This document shows positions 14,365-27,019 of a stretch of 64,000 bases of DNA, one piece after another; position 1 is the stretch's first letter, and every line of letters starts with the position of its first letter. The stretch lies in assembly GCF_009914755.1 (NCBI RefSeq), contig NC_060925.1. One strand, written 5' to 3'. This DNA is from the human T2T-CHM13v2.0 reference genome, Homo sapiens. The translations under genes were made by a program, and so were the position numbers. Under the pieces are notes generated by a model. That model made no database searches. It saw only the letters and a list, made by a program, of their open reading frames with translations, and had not been told where the DNA came from.

Positions 14365-14905
14365 GCTACAATATGGTATCGAGTTTGGAATGAATATTCC
14401 CAAAAGAGAAAAGGTTTTTTTCTTTTCTTTTCTTTTTTTCTTTTTACTCTCAACCAGCCAAGTAGTATTTTTAAAACATGGCATCAACATGTCAGGCAAA
14501 TTTACATTTAAGAAACAGTGGAGGAGATGTAAAAAGGAAGAGTTGACATCATGAAATGAATGGAAACATGAAGAACAAAAGAAAGATTCAGAGTCTGTAC
14601 ATGCCCATTATTTACTCTGAATGTAGAAAGAATAGGTTTTGAGATAGTCTTCAAAGAAAGGGAGCCTCGTTTGTTGACTTGTGTGGAAAAAAGCATATTC
14701 CTAGTGTAGGAAGGAGGTAAAATGGGTGTTGAGTAGAAGATAGCTTTGGAAGTTAAACAAAACAAGATATGGAGTCCATCCTTCCTTGCAGTGATTGACA
14801 AACTCAAGTGCTTTGAGAAAAGAAGCAATAATCTCACCCTGAAATATTTGGATTTATACCTAACACTAAGGAAGACAAATAATAAACTGTTAGTAGCTTA
14901 ATAAC

Positions 14906-15264
14906 TGATATGGTTTTGCTGTGTCCCCACCCAAATCACATCTGGAATTCCCATATGTTGTGGGGGGGATCTGGTGGGAGATAATTGAATCATGGGGCAG
15001 GTCTTTCTCATGCTGTTCTTGTGATAGTGAATAAGTCTCTCAAGATTTGACAGTATCATAAGGGTGGGGGGCAGGTTCCCTCCCCAATCTCTGTTTTTGC
15101 CTGCTGTCATCCATGTAAGAGGTGACTTGCTCTTCCTTGCCTTCCACCTTGATTATGAGGGTTCCCAGCCACATGGAACTGTAAGTACAATTAAACCTCT
15201 TTCTTTTGTAAATTGCCCAGTCTCAGATATGTCTTTTTCATCAGTGTGAAAACAGACTAATACA
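14906..15264 (+). mobile_element. THE1A solo LTR (MaLR)
   Basis: TGATATGGTTT.GCTGTGTCCCCACCCAAATC start, CATCCATGTAAGA..TGACTTGCTC, ends GTGAAAACAGACTAATACA. Confidence 0.92.
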
Positions 15265-16305
15265 AACCCACTCCTCTAATTTTTTTGATGCATCGTCTTC
15301 CCAAGATGTTTCTCTGTAAAAACACTTTGATTAATTCATTGATAAAAGTATAAAATTTAAGCTCTGCTATGGTCTACATGTGTCAATTTTGTGTCTCCCC
15401 AAAACTAATATGTTGAAACTGAATCCCCAACGTAGTAGTATTAAGAAGTGGGGCCTTTGGGAGCCCTCATGAACAGAATGTATGCCCTTATAAAAGAGGC
15501 TTAGGAACTTGTTTTCTTCTTCTACCATGTGAGAATGCCACAAGAAGGCACCAGTTTTGAAGCTGAGAGAGAACCCTCACCAGACAGTGAATATGCTGGC
15601 ACTTTGATCTTTGACTTCCCAGCATCTAGAACCATAAGCAACATATTTATGTGGTTTATAAATTACATACTCTCAAATATTTTGTAATAGTAACCGTGGA
15701 CTAAGACAGAAATTGGCACCATGAAATGGGGTGTTGCTGTATCATACCTAAAAATGTGGAAGCAACTTTGGAATTGGGTAATGAATAGAGACCAGAAGAG
15801 TTTGGAAGTTCATGCTAAAAAAACCTAAAATGCTGTAAATAGTGCATTAAGGATGGTTCTGATAACAGCTTGGAAGAAGAGAGCTTTAGAGCAGCCTCAA
15901 TCTTCTTAGAGATTATCTAAGTAGCTGCAATCAAAAGGTTGATAGAAATTCGGATGGTAAAGACCATTCTGGTGAGGTCCAGATGTAAATAAGGAACATG
16001 CTGTTGGTAACTGGAGGAAAGGCCATCCTTGTTTTAAAGTGGCAAATAACTTGGCTGAGTTGTGTGAATCCTAATGCATTTTGGAAGGTAGACTTTCTGA
16101 GTGATGAAATAGATATTTAGTAAAAGAAATATTTTAGCAAAGTGTTGAAGTTATGGCATAACATTTCTTTTCTATTTACAGTAAAAATTAGGAGAGAGAA
16201 ATGAATTAAAGATAGAATTTATAATCAGAAAGGAAGCAGAACTTAAATACTTGGAAAATTCTCATCCTGACTATATTGTAACAAATAGGAATGCATGTTT
16301 ATGAC

Positions 16306-17103
16306 TGTCTTCATCTTTTTGTATGGCTATAAGAAAATACCTGAGTCTTGGTAACTTAAAAAGAAAAAAAATTTATTTTCTCATAGCTCTGAAGACTAGG
16401 ATACCCAGGATTGAGGCACTAACAGGTTCAGCATCTGGTGAAAGCTTGTTCCTCACCATCTAGGCGTTCTTACATGGCAGAAGATCAGAAGAGCTAAAAA
16501 AGGACTGAAGCTGTTTTCCTCTGTCCTTTTTATAAGGCACTAATCCATTTCCCCAAAGGTCCCACCTCTTTAATACTATTACCAAAATGCTGGGCATTTG
16601 GTCTAGGTCTGGTTGCTCACTGCACCAAAAGCCAATCACTGAGACAATAAGTATTGCCAGAGAAGAAGGCTTTATTATATTATGAGTGATGTCAGCTGGA
16701 GGGATGGGAGCCAAACCTCAAACCCATCTCCCTCTCAACTGACTAAAATTGGGGGTTTATATAGTGGGGAAGGAGAGTAGTTATGTGCAGGAAAATAGGA
16801 ATTATTGAGGGATAAGGACACAATCATGATGAATGAGGGGCCTTGTGTCTCATTGTCTAGATGCAGTCTTCTGGTGAGTTTCAGTTCCTTGATACTATCT
16901 GGGAGGCCTGAGGTTTCTTGAGAAAGGAACTCAGATAAGACAAATGTAAGTTTCCAGGTTTAAGACTGGGACAGTCAACTCTATGTTTTTTCAAAAACTG
17001 TAACCATCAGTTCTTTGGGGAAGCTGAGCCAATTTCCATATTACTATAATGGGGATTACTTTTCAGTTTAAATTTGGAGAGGTCACACATTCAAACCATA
17101 ATA
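16306..17103 (-). mobile_element. MST-family LTR nested in MLT1A internal region, itself split by another LTR
   Basis: TGTCTT..GCTATAAGAAAATACCTGAG..CCCACCTCTTTAATAC, resuming at ~17039 to CACATTCAAACCATAATA. Confidence 0.8.
16577..17038 (-). mobile_element. LTR47-like ERV solo LTR
   Basis: GGTCTAGGTC..GCTCAC..AAAGCCAATCACTGAGACAA..GTATTGCCAG and GAAAGGAACTCAGATAAGACAAATGTAA match recalled LTR47; imperfect TSD TAATAC/TATTAC. Confidence 0.65.
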
Positions 17104-19339
17104 GGGACCAAGAACACCAAGAGTGTGGATAAGAAGATCAGTATAGATTGGCCCTGTGCTGTTCATCAAGACAATGGAAGTGTGACCCTGAAGGCATTTT
17201 GGAGATAATTGGGGCTGCCACTCCCATCACAGTTCGGAGTGCCAGTTGGTTGAGGGCAGAATGACTTCAAGGAAGGGGTCTATGAAACATTGGGTCTTAC
17301 TGCCCAGCACCACTTCAAGGCTCGGCTGCATGCATTCCAGTGCAGTACTCTTGGCTCCCCACCAGGTTCAGCTCCAGCAGGCCTGGTGCAGTTATGGCTG
17401 CTCCTCCAGAGGGCATAGACAGTAAACTTTAGTGGCATCTACATGGTGCCATATCCACTGGTGCTCAGAGTGCATGAGCTGTTGGATAATGGCTGCCTCC
17501 ACCTAGATTTTATAGGGTGCCCCATAGAGCCTCCTGGTTCAGGCGGACAACTGCCGTAGGAGTAGGGCAACCACAGAAAGCCCTCACTAGCGTATGGTCT
17601 AGTGGAGCCATAGAAGCAGGGTCATCCCCAAGACACCAGAATGAGAATGGTAAAGACAACAGAGTGCAACTCCAGCCTGGGAGAGCTGTAGGCAGGTGAC
17701 ATCAACCCACGAAATCTGCAGTGTGGGCTGTGCTCAGCAAAGCCATGGAGATGGGGCTGCCTGGAGCTTTGGGGGCCCAACCACCCCCTCCCAGAAGGCA
17801 GGACAGAGAATCAAAGAAGATTATTCTTCAGCCTTAAGATTTAATGTTTTTTTCCTTGTTGGATTTTGGATTTACTTGGGACTTGTTACCTCTTTCTTCT
17901 TTCCTATCTTTTTTCCTTTGTAACGAGAATATCAATCCTATGCCTATGATATTTTGGAGACACATAGTTGTTTGATTTCACAGGTTCACCTGGAGAGTGA
18001 TTTGCCTTAGGATGAACTGTACCTTGAGTTTTACCCATGTCTGATTTAGACGATATTTAGATGAGACTCTGAGCTTTTGACTTTTGAGTTGATGCTGAAA
18101 TAAGTTAAGACTTTTGGGGATACTAGGGTGGAATGAGTGTATTTTGCATGTGAGAAGGACATCAATTTGGAGGCATCAGGGTCAGAATACTATGGACTGA
18201 ATGTTTGTGTCCCTTCCAAAATTCATGTGTTGAAACTTAATCCCCATTGTGGTAGAATTAAGAGATGGGGTCTTTGGGAGATGATTAGGTTATGAGGGCT
18301 CCACCCTCATCATAGGATTAGTGCTCTTATAAAAGAGGCCTGAGGGAGCTTGTTTGCCCTTCTTGCCATGTGAGGACACAGTGAGAAGGCGCCATCTATG
18401 AGGTGGGGAGACAGCCTTCACCAGACACTGAATCTGTTGGTATCCTGATCTTGTACTTCCCATCCTCCAAAACTGTAAGCAATAAATTTGTTTTTTATAA
18501 ATGATACAGTCTAAGATATTTTGTTATAGGAGCTCAAAGGGACAAAGACAAGTTTCTTTGCTTGGATTCAAAGCCTTCCACAATCTGGTTCTTATCTGCC
18601 TTCCCACAATTTTCTCTTTTTTTTAAAGTCTTCAACTTCTCAGGAAGCAGGTTGATTAGAAGTCACAGTTATACATATTTTTTGATAAATCTGCTGTTTT
18701 AGAAGAGTAGATATTTGGATGTAATAATTATTTGAAGACAAAAATAACCAAAGAATGTTCTTAGATTTTTGCATCCCTTAATCTTAAAAAGCATGATGTT
18801 AGTTTTCCTTGCATAGTTTCTTTGCCTTTCTTGGCCCCTGAGTAGTGTTCTGCTATTGTCAGGCCAGATTTTGGGGGGTTTTGATACAGAATAAGAAAGA
18901 TAGGTGGAAAGTATAGAATAACTGGAATGCTCAGTCCTGATGTAGATGAGGTTTTTGTTTGTTTATTTTGTTTTTAAGAAAGTTTTTGAGGAGAATGGTA
19001 CCAGACAAGTTCCAACATTTGAAGAAAATAAACGGGAGAAAAAAAATGAAAGTTTTAAAAAACATTAACTGTGGGCTATGTATTCTCTTCAAACACAATC
19101 CAAAATAGCTGAGCAATTTTGATATTACTCAGGTTGCTGAACAGTATTTGGCCGACTGTGCACTGCTGAGGCTGACTCATATGTGTCCTGGTGTCAGTAG
19201 GCTTACACAGATGATAGTGAAGTTCTGGAAACCAAGTGAACATTGAGTAAAATTTGAATTTAAAGGTACTGACACCAGTCTTTTTCCAGTCTCATTTCTG
19301 AGACTAAAATTTTTGTTGTAAAGTTCTCTCAAAGTCATC

Positions 19340-19612
19340 TGTCAAGACTCAGCTTCATGATTGTCTTCTCTGTAAAATCTTTTCCTGATATTTCTTTTTT
19401 CACCAGTAGAACTGACTCTCTATCCTTTGGGTCTCACTTCTCCCTCATACAGATTTCTCTCGTTACCCCTGTAGCACTTGACTGAATTTATTTGTTTGTC
19501 TCTCTAACTGATTGTGAGTTCTTTGAGGACAGGAGCCATCTATCTTTGTAGCCCCAAGGCCTGCCATTGCACCTGGCACATAGTAGGGACTTTAATGGAC
19601 ATTTGTTGAACA
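19340..19612 (+). mobile_element. L2 3' end
   Basis: GTGAGTTCTTTGAGGACAGG..CCTGGCACATAGTAGG..ATTTGTTGAA. Confidence 0.8.
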
Positions 19613-20243
19613 AACAGCTGCTTAGTCAGTGTTATTTATTATTTCTCCTCATTTCATCCCATGTCTACATACTGCTGTGTTTTTCAAAATGTTTTTTTCA
19701 GTAGCAAGGAAGAACCTTGTAAAATATCCCATAAAATATCCCAGCAGGTTCCCTGCCAGCCCCAGATTTTGCACTTGTAGATTGTGTAGTAAGAAGAGCT
19801 GAGACAGGAACAACAGAAAAAAAAAAAATCCCACAGGAGAGTGTAAGTTATTGTGAATATTTTAATTTCTGTGTTAGGTAGTGAGATCACTGGTGTTTAT
19901 TATATTTTAAATAAGCAAGCAAGCAAGCAAATAAATAAGAGCCATGTATGGACTAATGATGAAAGTGTACCATAAATCAAGGGTATGGTTAACCCAATTC
20001 TATGAACTTGAAGTAAATAATATCTGGACATTGCAGTACAATGGAGAAAAGAACCAGTAATGCACCTGGTACATTTGTCTCCTCTTGCATGTCTGAGATC
20101 CTTGCTGCTTTCTCAATGCTGACTTCACTTGTGGGACAGTCATAAATAATAGTGTATAATGTTTTGAAAGTTTCAGGCCTACGTGCCTATATAGAAAAGG
20201 TATTCAAAGTTTATATTGAGGATTTCTCAGTAATGACTTCCTG

Positions 20244-20425
20244 CAGCTGGTCCTCAAGTTTTAGGTGCCTACAAATAATCTGGGGTATCTTGTTAATTTA
20301 CCATTTTGAATTTCTGAACCTGTCTCTCAGTGATTCACTAGGTTTAATTGTATGACCCAAGAATCTAATTTTAAATAATCCACTTTTGGGATTTTTTGAT
20401 GCAGGTGATTTAAGAAAAATTTGTT
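20244..20425. mobile_element. MER5A-like hAT MITE
   Basis: Degenerate match (CAGCTGGTCCTCAAG..CCCAAGAATCT..TTTTAA..TGATGCAGGTG). Confidence 0.55.
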
Positions 20426-20499
20426 TTTGGTGATTTAAGAAAAATATGATGTTGGTCAGGCTCTTTTGGGGATATCAAGTTGAGCTACAGATGTCTCAG

Positions 20500-20840
20500 T
20501 AGTGTAGAGATGTACAAAGACTCTAAAGATGCTCACAAGAACAGCCTCAGAAATGGTTAGAGTAATGGAAGGATTGATCTGAGGCATTTACTAGGTTTAA
20601 AGGATCTAAATGTGCTTAATCCTTAAAGCCTAGCTCAGCAACAACTAATGGGAGATGGGATAACGCTCTACAAATATTTGAAAGGCATAAACATCAAAGA
20701 TGGAGAGAAATTATTTGGCTTGTTAGAAGGCAGTATGATTAGGAGTAACTAAAAATGACCTCTAGGGTGAATCTAGGATTAGCCTACTGAAAGTAAAGTG
20801 ATTAGGTTTCAGGGTAGACTCTTAACAGAAGTGATAAATC
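20500..20840 (+). mobile_element. CR1/L3 LINE ORF2 C-terminal fragment
   Basis: From 20627 translates SLAQQQLMGDGITLYKYLKGINIKDGEKLF, matching the CR1 motif SLEKRRLRGDLITVYKYLKG...EGEELF. Confidence 0.8.
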
Positions 20841-21418
20841 AATACAGATGAAGGTAGAAAAAAAATTGATCCACAAATGAGTTGACTTCACTTATACTTC
20901 AAACCTGAGGAATGATTACCCCCAAATTTCTTTTATTCTCTATTTTCTTTCTGCAGCACCCCAGGACCTCTCTCCCATGTGTTCTCATAATTGGCCTTGG
21001 TAGGTTTTCATTGGCCCTCTTGTCTTGTCTCTGGGGATATCACAATGCTGGCCAATCTTGATTCTCCAAACTGGCAACTGCTGGTCTCCCTTCTTTTCCT
21101 TCATTCAACAAATATTTGTTAAATTTACTAATAAGTATCTTTTAAATATTTCTTAAGGTACTAGCCTAGGCTCTATGTAACAAAACAGAGGCTCTGTCCT
21201 CATGAAGTTTATTTTCTGGGAGATTACTGATGGTACCCCACTGGCTATGTTCTAACTGGAATTGATTGAATTCTCATCAGTTCTGTCCCACCAGGGAGAA
21301 CCCAATAGTACCCGGCTGTGAGCTAACCTAGAAGACAGGTAGCTGGGAGAAATGCAATTATAATAGAACCCAGCAAGAGCCTGGTCCCAATACTTCTTTC
21401 CAACCCTACCTGACTCAC

Positions 21419-21610
21419 CTCCTTCACTGCCTTATCTTATTAACTCAGCTGAATTTGCACCATTTACTCCAGCAAACCCTCCCTTTGTTCTGCATTGCAT
21501 CACCATCAGAGAAGTCTTCCAGGCAGGCAATTTGGGGCCTTTCCCCCAATACTGTGTTTTGTGTGTGGCCCTCATAGGTGACAGTTGAAGAGACAGAGAC
21601 TAAGAGATGA
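21419..21610 (-). other. Candidate non-coding exon (192 nt)
   Basis: Acceptor GTGTATTTTCTTTTTCTTTTTACTTTACCTGACAG| and consensus donor GAG|GTGAGT; stops in all three frames. Confidence 0.4.
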
Positions 21611-22507
21611 CTGTCAGGTAAAGTAAAAAGAAAAAGAAAATACACGTACAATTGGCAAACTTAGTACCATGTCTCCTCCCTGGCCCCCAAAAAGGACTGT
21701 TCTTTCTCTCTTGTGGCTTCCCTTTCTTTTCATCTTACACTGCAAGTTGCTCTTTTGTGATTTGCTTTTTTAAGGCTGATATTCATTTAAAAACACACAA
21801 ACAAAAAAACATTTAAATTTCATCCATATACAAATGTTTCAAGGAGGGACAGTAGGATAAGTGAAGATTAGGATTGGGAGGGGTGGCTGACTACACCACA
21901 CAAATCCACACTCAGAACCATCCTGTTGATTTATCCCATTTCCTCCACTTCTTGGGTTCTGCCTGTGTTCTTCTCATGTCATGGCTTCTGTCCTGTTACC
22001 CTGGATCCCAGGTAGACCTAGAGCTTGAGGGCAGAGACAGAGTCTTTTCTTCTTTGGTAATTCCTTGCTAGGAAAACATTGCAGGCCCTGATGCTTTCTG
22101 TATACTATTTCCTTTAATTTCACTATAAGTGCATGCAACCTCCATCCCCTCAACTCCCACAGCTAGGCAAGAATGTGGATTGCACCAGTTACAGGCTTGC
22201 CACCTCCTATCTCTGGATATTTTTCATTTCCACAGGGAGATAGCATAATCGAGCCACAATTTTTGGACTTCAGGATTTTTAAAGAAGCTTTTTTAAAAAA
22301 TATTTTCTGGGTTGAACTTAGAACTGTGATCATCTTGATTGAATGAAAGGACTCAGCTGCCCTCTGTGAAAAGTACACATGCAGATGTTTCAGAGTGATT
22401 AATGATTCCGGAGCGCCTTCCTAGGGTCATCTTCTCTGAGTATTATTATAAACTAGATGGGAGAGATTAGCTATAGTACTAAGTGCAGACAAGAGAAAAG
22501 TCTAGAA

Positions 22508-22818
22508 CAGGGCTGTTCATTATGGGAGCCAGGAACCAGCCATATGTGGCTATCAAGACTTGAAATTTAGCTCTCTGAATTGAGATGTGCTGTAAGTGTA
22601 AATTATACAGCAGATTAAAAAAAACCCAAGAGAAAAATATGTAAAATAACTCATCATACATTTTTATAGTAGTTTCATGTTGAAATAATATTTTGGATAC
22701 ATTGGGTTAAAATGTATTGGTAAAATTAAGCTCATTTCTTTTTACTTTTAAAAAATGTGGCTATCAGAAAATTAAAAATTACGTACATGCTAGCATATAT
22801 TTTTATTGGGTAGTGCTG
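22508..22818. mobile_element. MER33 hAT-Charlie MITE
   Basis: CAGGGCTG...TAGTGCTG termini; AGCCATATGTGGCTA..GAATTGAGATGTGCTGTAAGTGTAAA; 8-bp TSD GTCTAGAA/GTTTAGAA. Confidence 0.85.
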
Positions 22819-23710
22819 GTTTAGAAAAATGGTATCTAGGAATATACGCTTCTAATTAAGTTCACCTTACTTTTCTGTAACGCCTTTATTTGTATTTTTT
22901 TCTGGTACTTCTTATATCTACCGTTTAAACTAGCTTAGAATTAAACCGCCACCTTTGCTTTAAAAACATCTGGCATGTAACACCCAGGCGTAATTATTTT
23001 TCTGCTACAACCATGTTGCTATAGGAGCAAAGTTATGGTGTAATAAAGAACAACTTGAGCTAATAACTTGTATATGAAAATAGTTACATCTTCATTGTAG
23101 AAGCCACGAGGCACCCATGCTGTTTCATTGCACACACAAATCCCTTTTATAATGATGCTTTTTCATTCATTTGGCATGCTTTTATTATTATTAATACAAG
23201 AGCAAAAACTCCATATATATCAGGGTAAAAGCATCTATTTTGGATAATCAAACCTATAAATCTTGTGACTGCTCAGGTATAGCCAATTAACTCCTCTTCC
23301 CCAGAACTGCAGTATACCATATGGTGCAAAAAGGGTGGTCACATACTTCTTGCAGTGCTTTTGACTGAGTGACATAGTCACAAGAACCATGGAAACTAGT
23401 GACGAGGTACAAATGTTTCAGTTGCCCAAAACACTCATTTTAAATCCTAACAAGAAATGTTTCTATTCTTTAAAAATTTGACGTCTTTATTAACGATGTC
23501 AAAAGTGCTCATTAGTACTTTAGCAGAATCCTTCATTGTGCATTAGCAGAGTCCTTCTTTATACCTCTGAGGCACCATTGTTTGATAACAGAAGAGTTTT
23601 AAAAAAATAAACCAGAGATAATACTTTATAAAGAACTCTAGTCACCTTCCATATCTATTCTGGGATATTGTTTTGTTTCTTTGCCTATTGCAACAAGCCA
23701 TCATTGTTGT

Positions 23711-23768
<58 letters not shown>
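23711..23768. repeat. Compound (TG)~17(AG)~12 microsatellite
   Basis: Direct read, one C interruption. Confidence 0.97.
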
Positions 23769-23769
<1 letters not shown>

Positions 23770-24577
23770 AAGAAAGAGGAGGGAGACAGAGAAGCAATCT
23801 ACATGAAATGCCATGCAGTCAGTAGGCAAAGTGGGATTGACATGAGTGATAATCTTTTATTTTCATTCACTTTTAAAAAATCTTCATGTGAAAATTCCTG
23901 AAAATGTTTGATAGCTTGATTGCTGCTACCTAAATATTTTTTGAATTAACTAGTTATATCACTAAGGCAAAATATATGCTTTGAAATTTCAAAGGTCAGG
24001 AAGTCACATTTCATGATCATGTGAATTCTGGCTTGATTGTGTGTATATCCCCTGAGCACAATCTCTTTTGGACATCTGGGATTTTGGTTTTGTTGAATTA
24101 AAATTGCCCCATGATTCTAATGTGTTTTTAGACAGTGGTTGCTTCTTAATTATTTTGAACTTAAAATGGTGAACTTATGAAGTGCTTAGATATGGTTTAA
24201 AAACCTGAACAAAAATATACTGAGAAAAATTTCATATTTGTACACTTCTCATTCAATATTGTTTCTTGCCTCCAAATCGCTTCCATAAAATATTGCAGAT
24301 TTCAATTTCTGTTTGAGTTGTTCATCATTCCTTCAAACTATAGCTGACCTTTCCATAAATTTGTTTTTGGATAAAAATGATGACCTAGAAGATATTTTAC
24401 CAAGTGAACCCTTGCCAAAACCTGATAAGTGGGGTCCAAAATACCCAATCCTATAAAATGCAAGCTCACAATTTTACGAGGTTAATGGAATGAGGTGGGG
24501 GTGAGCCTGTTCAGCTAGCTGCCACAGTTCTGGGGTTTGTCTGAGGATCCCAGTCAGCCTCCATCCCAGTTGCAGTG

Positions 24578-24596
24578 TAATGCCACCTGGTGTTGG
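24578..24596 (-). promoter_or_regulatory. Candidate CTCF motif
   Basis: Minus strand CCAACACCAGGTGGCATTA; 12/14 match to CCASYAGRKGGCRS. Confidence 0.35.
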
Positions 24597-26291
24597 TTGT
24601 CCTTTCTAAGTGCCATTGACATTGATCCAGCTTCCCAGGGAAGACTGGGAATTCTAGGACAGCAGCAGCAATTCCATGAATCTCCTGGTTAATTTGTGCC
24701 ACTTCATTGGCCTTACTTGGGGGAAACTGAGCCAGGAAAACTCTGGAGACCAGGGACCCACTCTTTTCCCCTGTACCTTCCAAGAAGAGTTTTGTTTTGT
24801 ATTTTTTGCCACTTCCACCAAGTTTTGCCTTTCCCTTTACATTTCACTTCATGCCTTACCTCCCATATAAAAACTTTAACCCCACCAGATCTGAAAACAT
24901 GATTAGATAGAAGGAAGGAGTCAATCACATTGTATACAAATTTTGTTTCTGTGGGTTCTGTTTGCATGGGGTTTTGCTGCAATTTTCTTGTATTCAACCA
25001 AGTATCATTAGAAATGAATTTGGCAAAAACTGTACCCTCCATGAACATGACTAGTTATAGATCTCAGTTCCTGTATAGTTTCTGCTCATGCCTACAGATG
25101 ATTATTAAATATGTAGATTTTACTTATTTTCAAATTTTGATTTATTTAGCTGAGGAATCTTAACTTCATCATTAGGACATGTAGGTGGGGTATTTTACTA
25201 AAATTAGAGAAGAGGTACATTTTATTTGTATTTATTGTTTTGTACCCCAAATTAACTGCTTGAAAAAAACCTTAGCTTTTGATTGATCAGAAAGGAATTT
25301 GAAACAATGTATTTGCAGATCACACATAGAATAATATCTGCTTTTCAAATTTATTAGGTGAATCTCATGGGAAAGAGCTCTCGAAATACCTATAGCATTT
25401 GATTTGAAGCAATTGTACTGCTTTAGAGTCTCATCTCCCCTATGATAATATAAAAATTATCACTAATCACAGATTAATTTATCTTTGCATACCTCACAGT
25501 GAAGAAGTAGGCATTTAATAAATATTAAAAAAGAAAGAATGTGCATTACACATGTGCTTTTAAAATGTTCTGCAAATTAAAAAAAAGCCAAGCCACGCCA
25601 TTAACAATAATCATAGCTTCTCTGTCTCCTCCAGTCTAAGTGTATAAGCAACTATGAATATAGGTGGCTAAAACATTATACAGTTGTGCATAGCACACAT
25701 GCTTCACCAATGTCCAAAATACTTTTCAATCTCCTTTGTCATTCAACTTATTTTAATATCCCGTCTAGGTACTAGAGATTGAAATCAGTTGGTTTCTTGG
25801 TTCTGTAAAAGAAATGGCACAATAGCCACAGACTTGATAAGCTTTCATTCCAGATGAATGATCTTGTCTAGAGAGACAGCTTTTTCTGAAGGCAGGTTCA
25901 CCCAACTCTCCATAATAAAAATCTCCTATACTCCAGCTGGAACTTTGGAAAATTTTCAGGAAAATTCAAACACCTTGAGGTGCTGTGGGAAGGTCACTTT
26001 ATGTAGCAGGACATTTTAGTTACGGGGGTTATTGTTGCACAGCATGAAACAAAAAAGCAGGAGGGAGTGACTTTGTTCAGCATTTTCTACCAAAAAGATC
26101 TAGGCTTTCGTCACACAGTGGTCAACAAGCAGAATCTTCTCTTAGAGCAGATAAAATTGGCTCTCCATATCCCAACTGTATGACAGTCATGAATTTAGTT
26201 CTGTGCCTGGAGAGTAATGGAACTTGAGAGTGATGGAATCAATATGCTTCTGGGTTGAGCAGAGGGATGCTTTGGGAAGAGTTTAGATGAA

Positions 26292-26473
26292 AACGTGGCC
26301 TCTAAGCCTCGGTCCAGAGACGGACTTCAGAAGATCTCTAAATCCATCCAAATCTCATACACAATTGTGGATGCACATATATGTATTTTTTTTTTTTTTT
26401 TTTTTGGCAGAGTACACAGCTTTCATTACGTTCTTAAGGGAATTCAAGGCTCCTACAAGAATTAGAACCTCTA
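26292..26473. mobile_element. Charlie4z-like hAT MITE with expanded poly(T)
   Basis: GGTCCAGAGACGGACTTCAG..CAGCTTTCATTA..TTCTTAAGGG..TTAGAACC resembles recalled consensus. Confidence 0.55.
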
Positions 26474-27019
26474 ATTCAGAGTACTCAGAAGTTACATTCT
26501 AATGGTTGTTTGAAAAATTTAAGAGACGGTGTCCCTAGCATTTCTTACAGATGATTGTAACAAATGTCAGGTGGATATTTGTGACTAATCTGAAAAAAGG
26601 TAACATCAGGACCTCTGTGAACAGTCGTCTTCCTTAGAGTAGTGTGGGGATGACTGTCACATAGAGCCTTAAGAGGCAGATGTGCTAGAGAGTCAAGTTG
26701 AGAGTGAAGAGACAGGGCATTTATAAGGAGGGTTAATAAAATGGAATCCAGCCAGAGGATCACAAGTAGGATGGCAGTGGGTCTAGAAATTATAGAACAA
26801 AAAAAACATAAAAAAGCTGAGAACATTTAGAGACAAGAAAGCTTTGTCCTGGGGAGGGGCACCCATGATAACCACCTTTAGATACCATGCGGAAGACAAA
26901 CTGGATTTGTTTTTATTCTGAGTGTCTTGTTTTTAGTATGAGTGTCTAGAGAGACAGAACCAGGTAGCACCAGGAGCAGCTCTGGTCTGGTTGGTCATAG
27001 CTGTAATGCCAAGGCTCTT

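Larger units (their letters stand above)
15365..18550 (+). mobile_element. Two-LTR MLT1A/MLT1A0 MaLR provirus (5' LTR 15365-15708, internal region, 3' LTR 18188-18550)
   Basis: Two homologous LTRs (TGCTATGG...CTAAGACA / TACTATGG...CAAAGACA); MaLR internal start GAAATTGGCACC..ATACCTAAAAATGTGGAAGCAACTTTGGAA; internal 3' part GAGTTGATGCTGAAATAAGTTAAGACTTT. Confidence 0.9.

Noticed and set aside
20957-21617. Two plus-strand micro-exon candidates (20957-20999, 21578-21617)
   Set aside because: Signals of this strength are frequent by chance; the overlapping minus-strand candidate is much stronger
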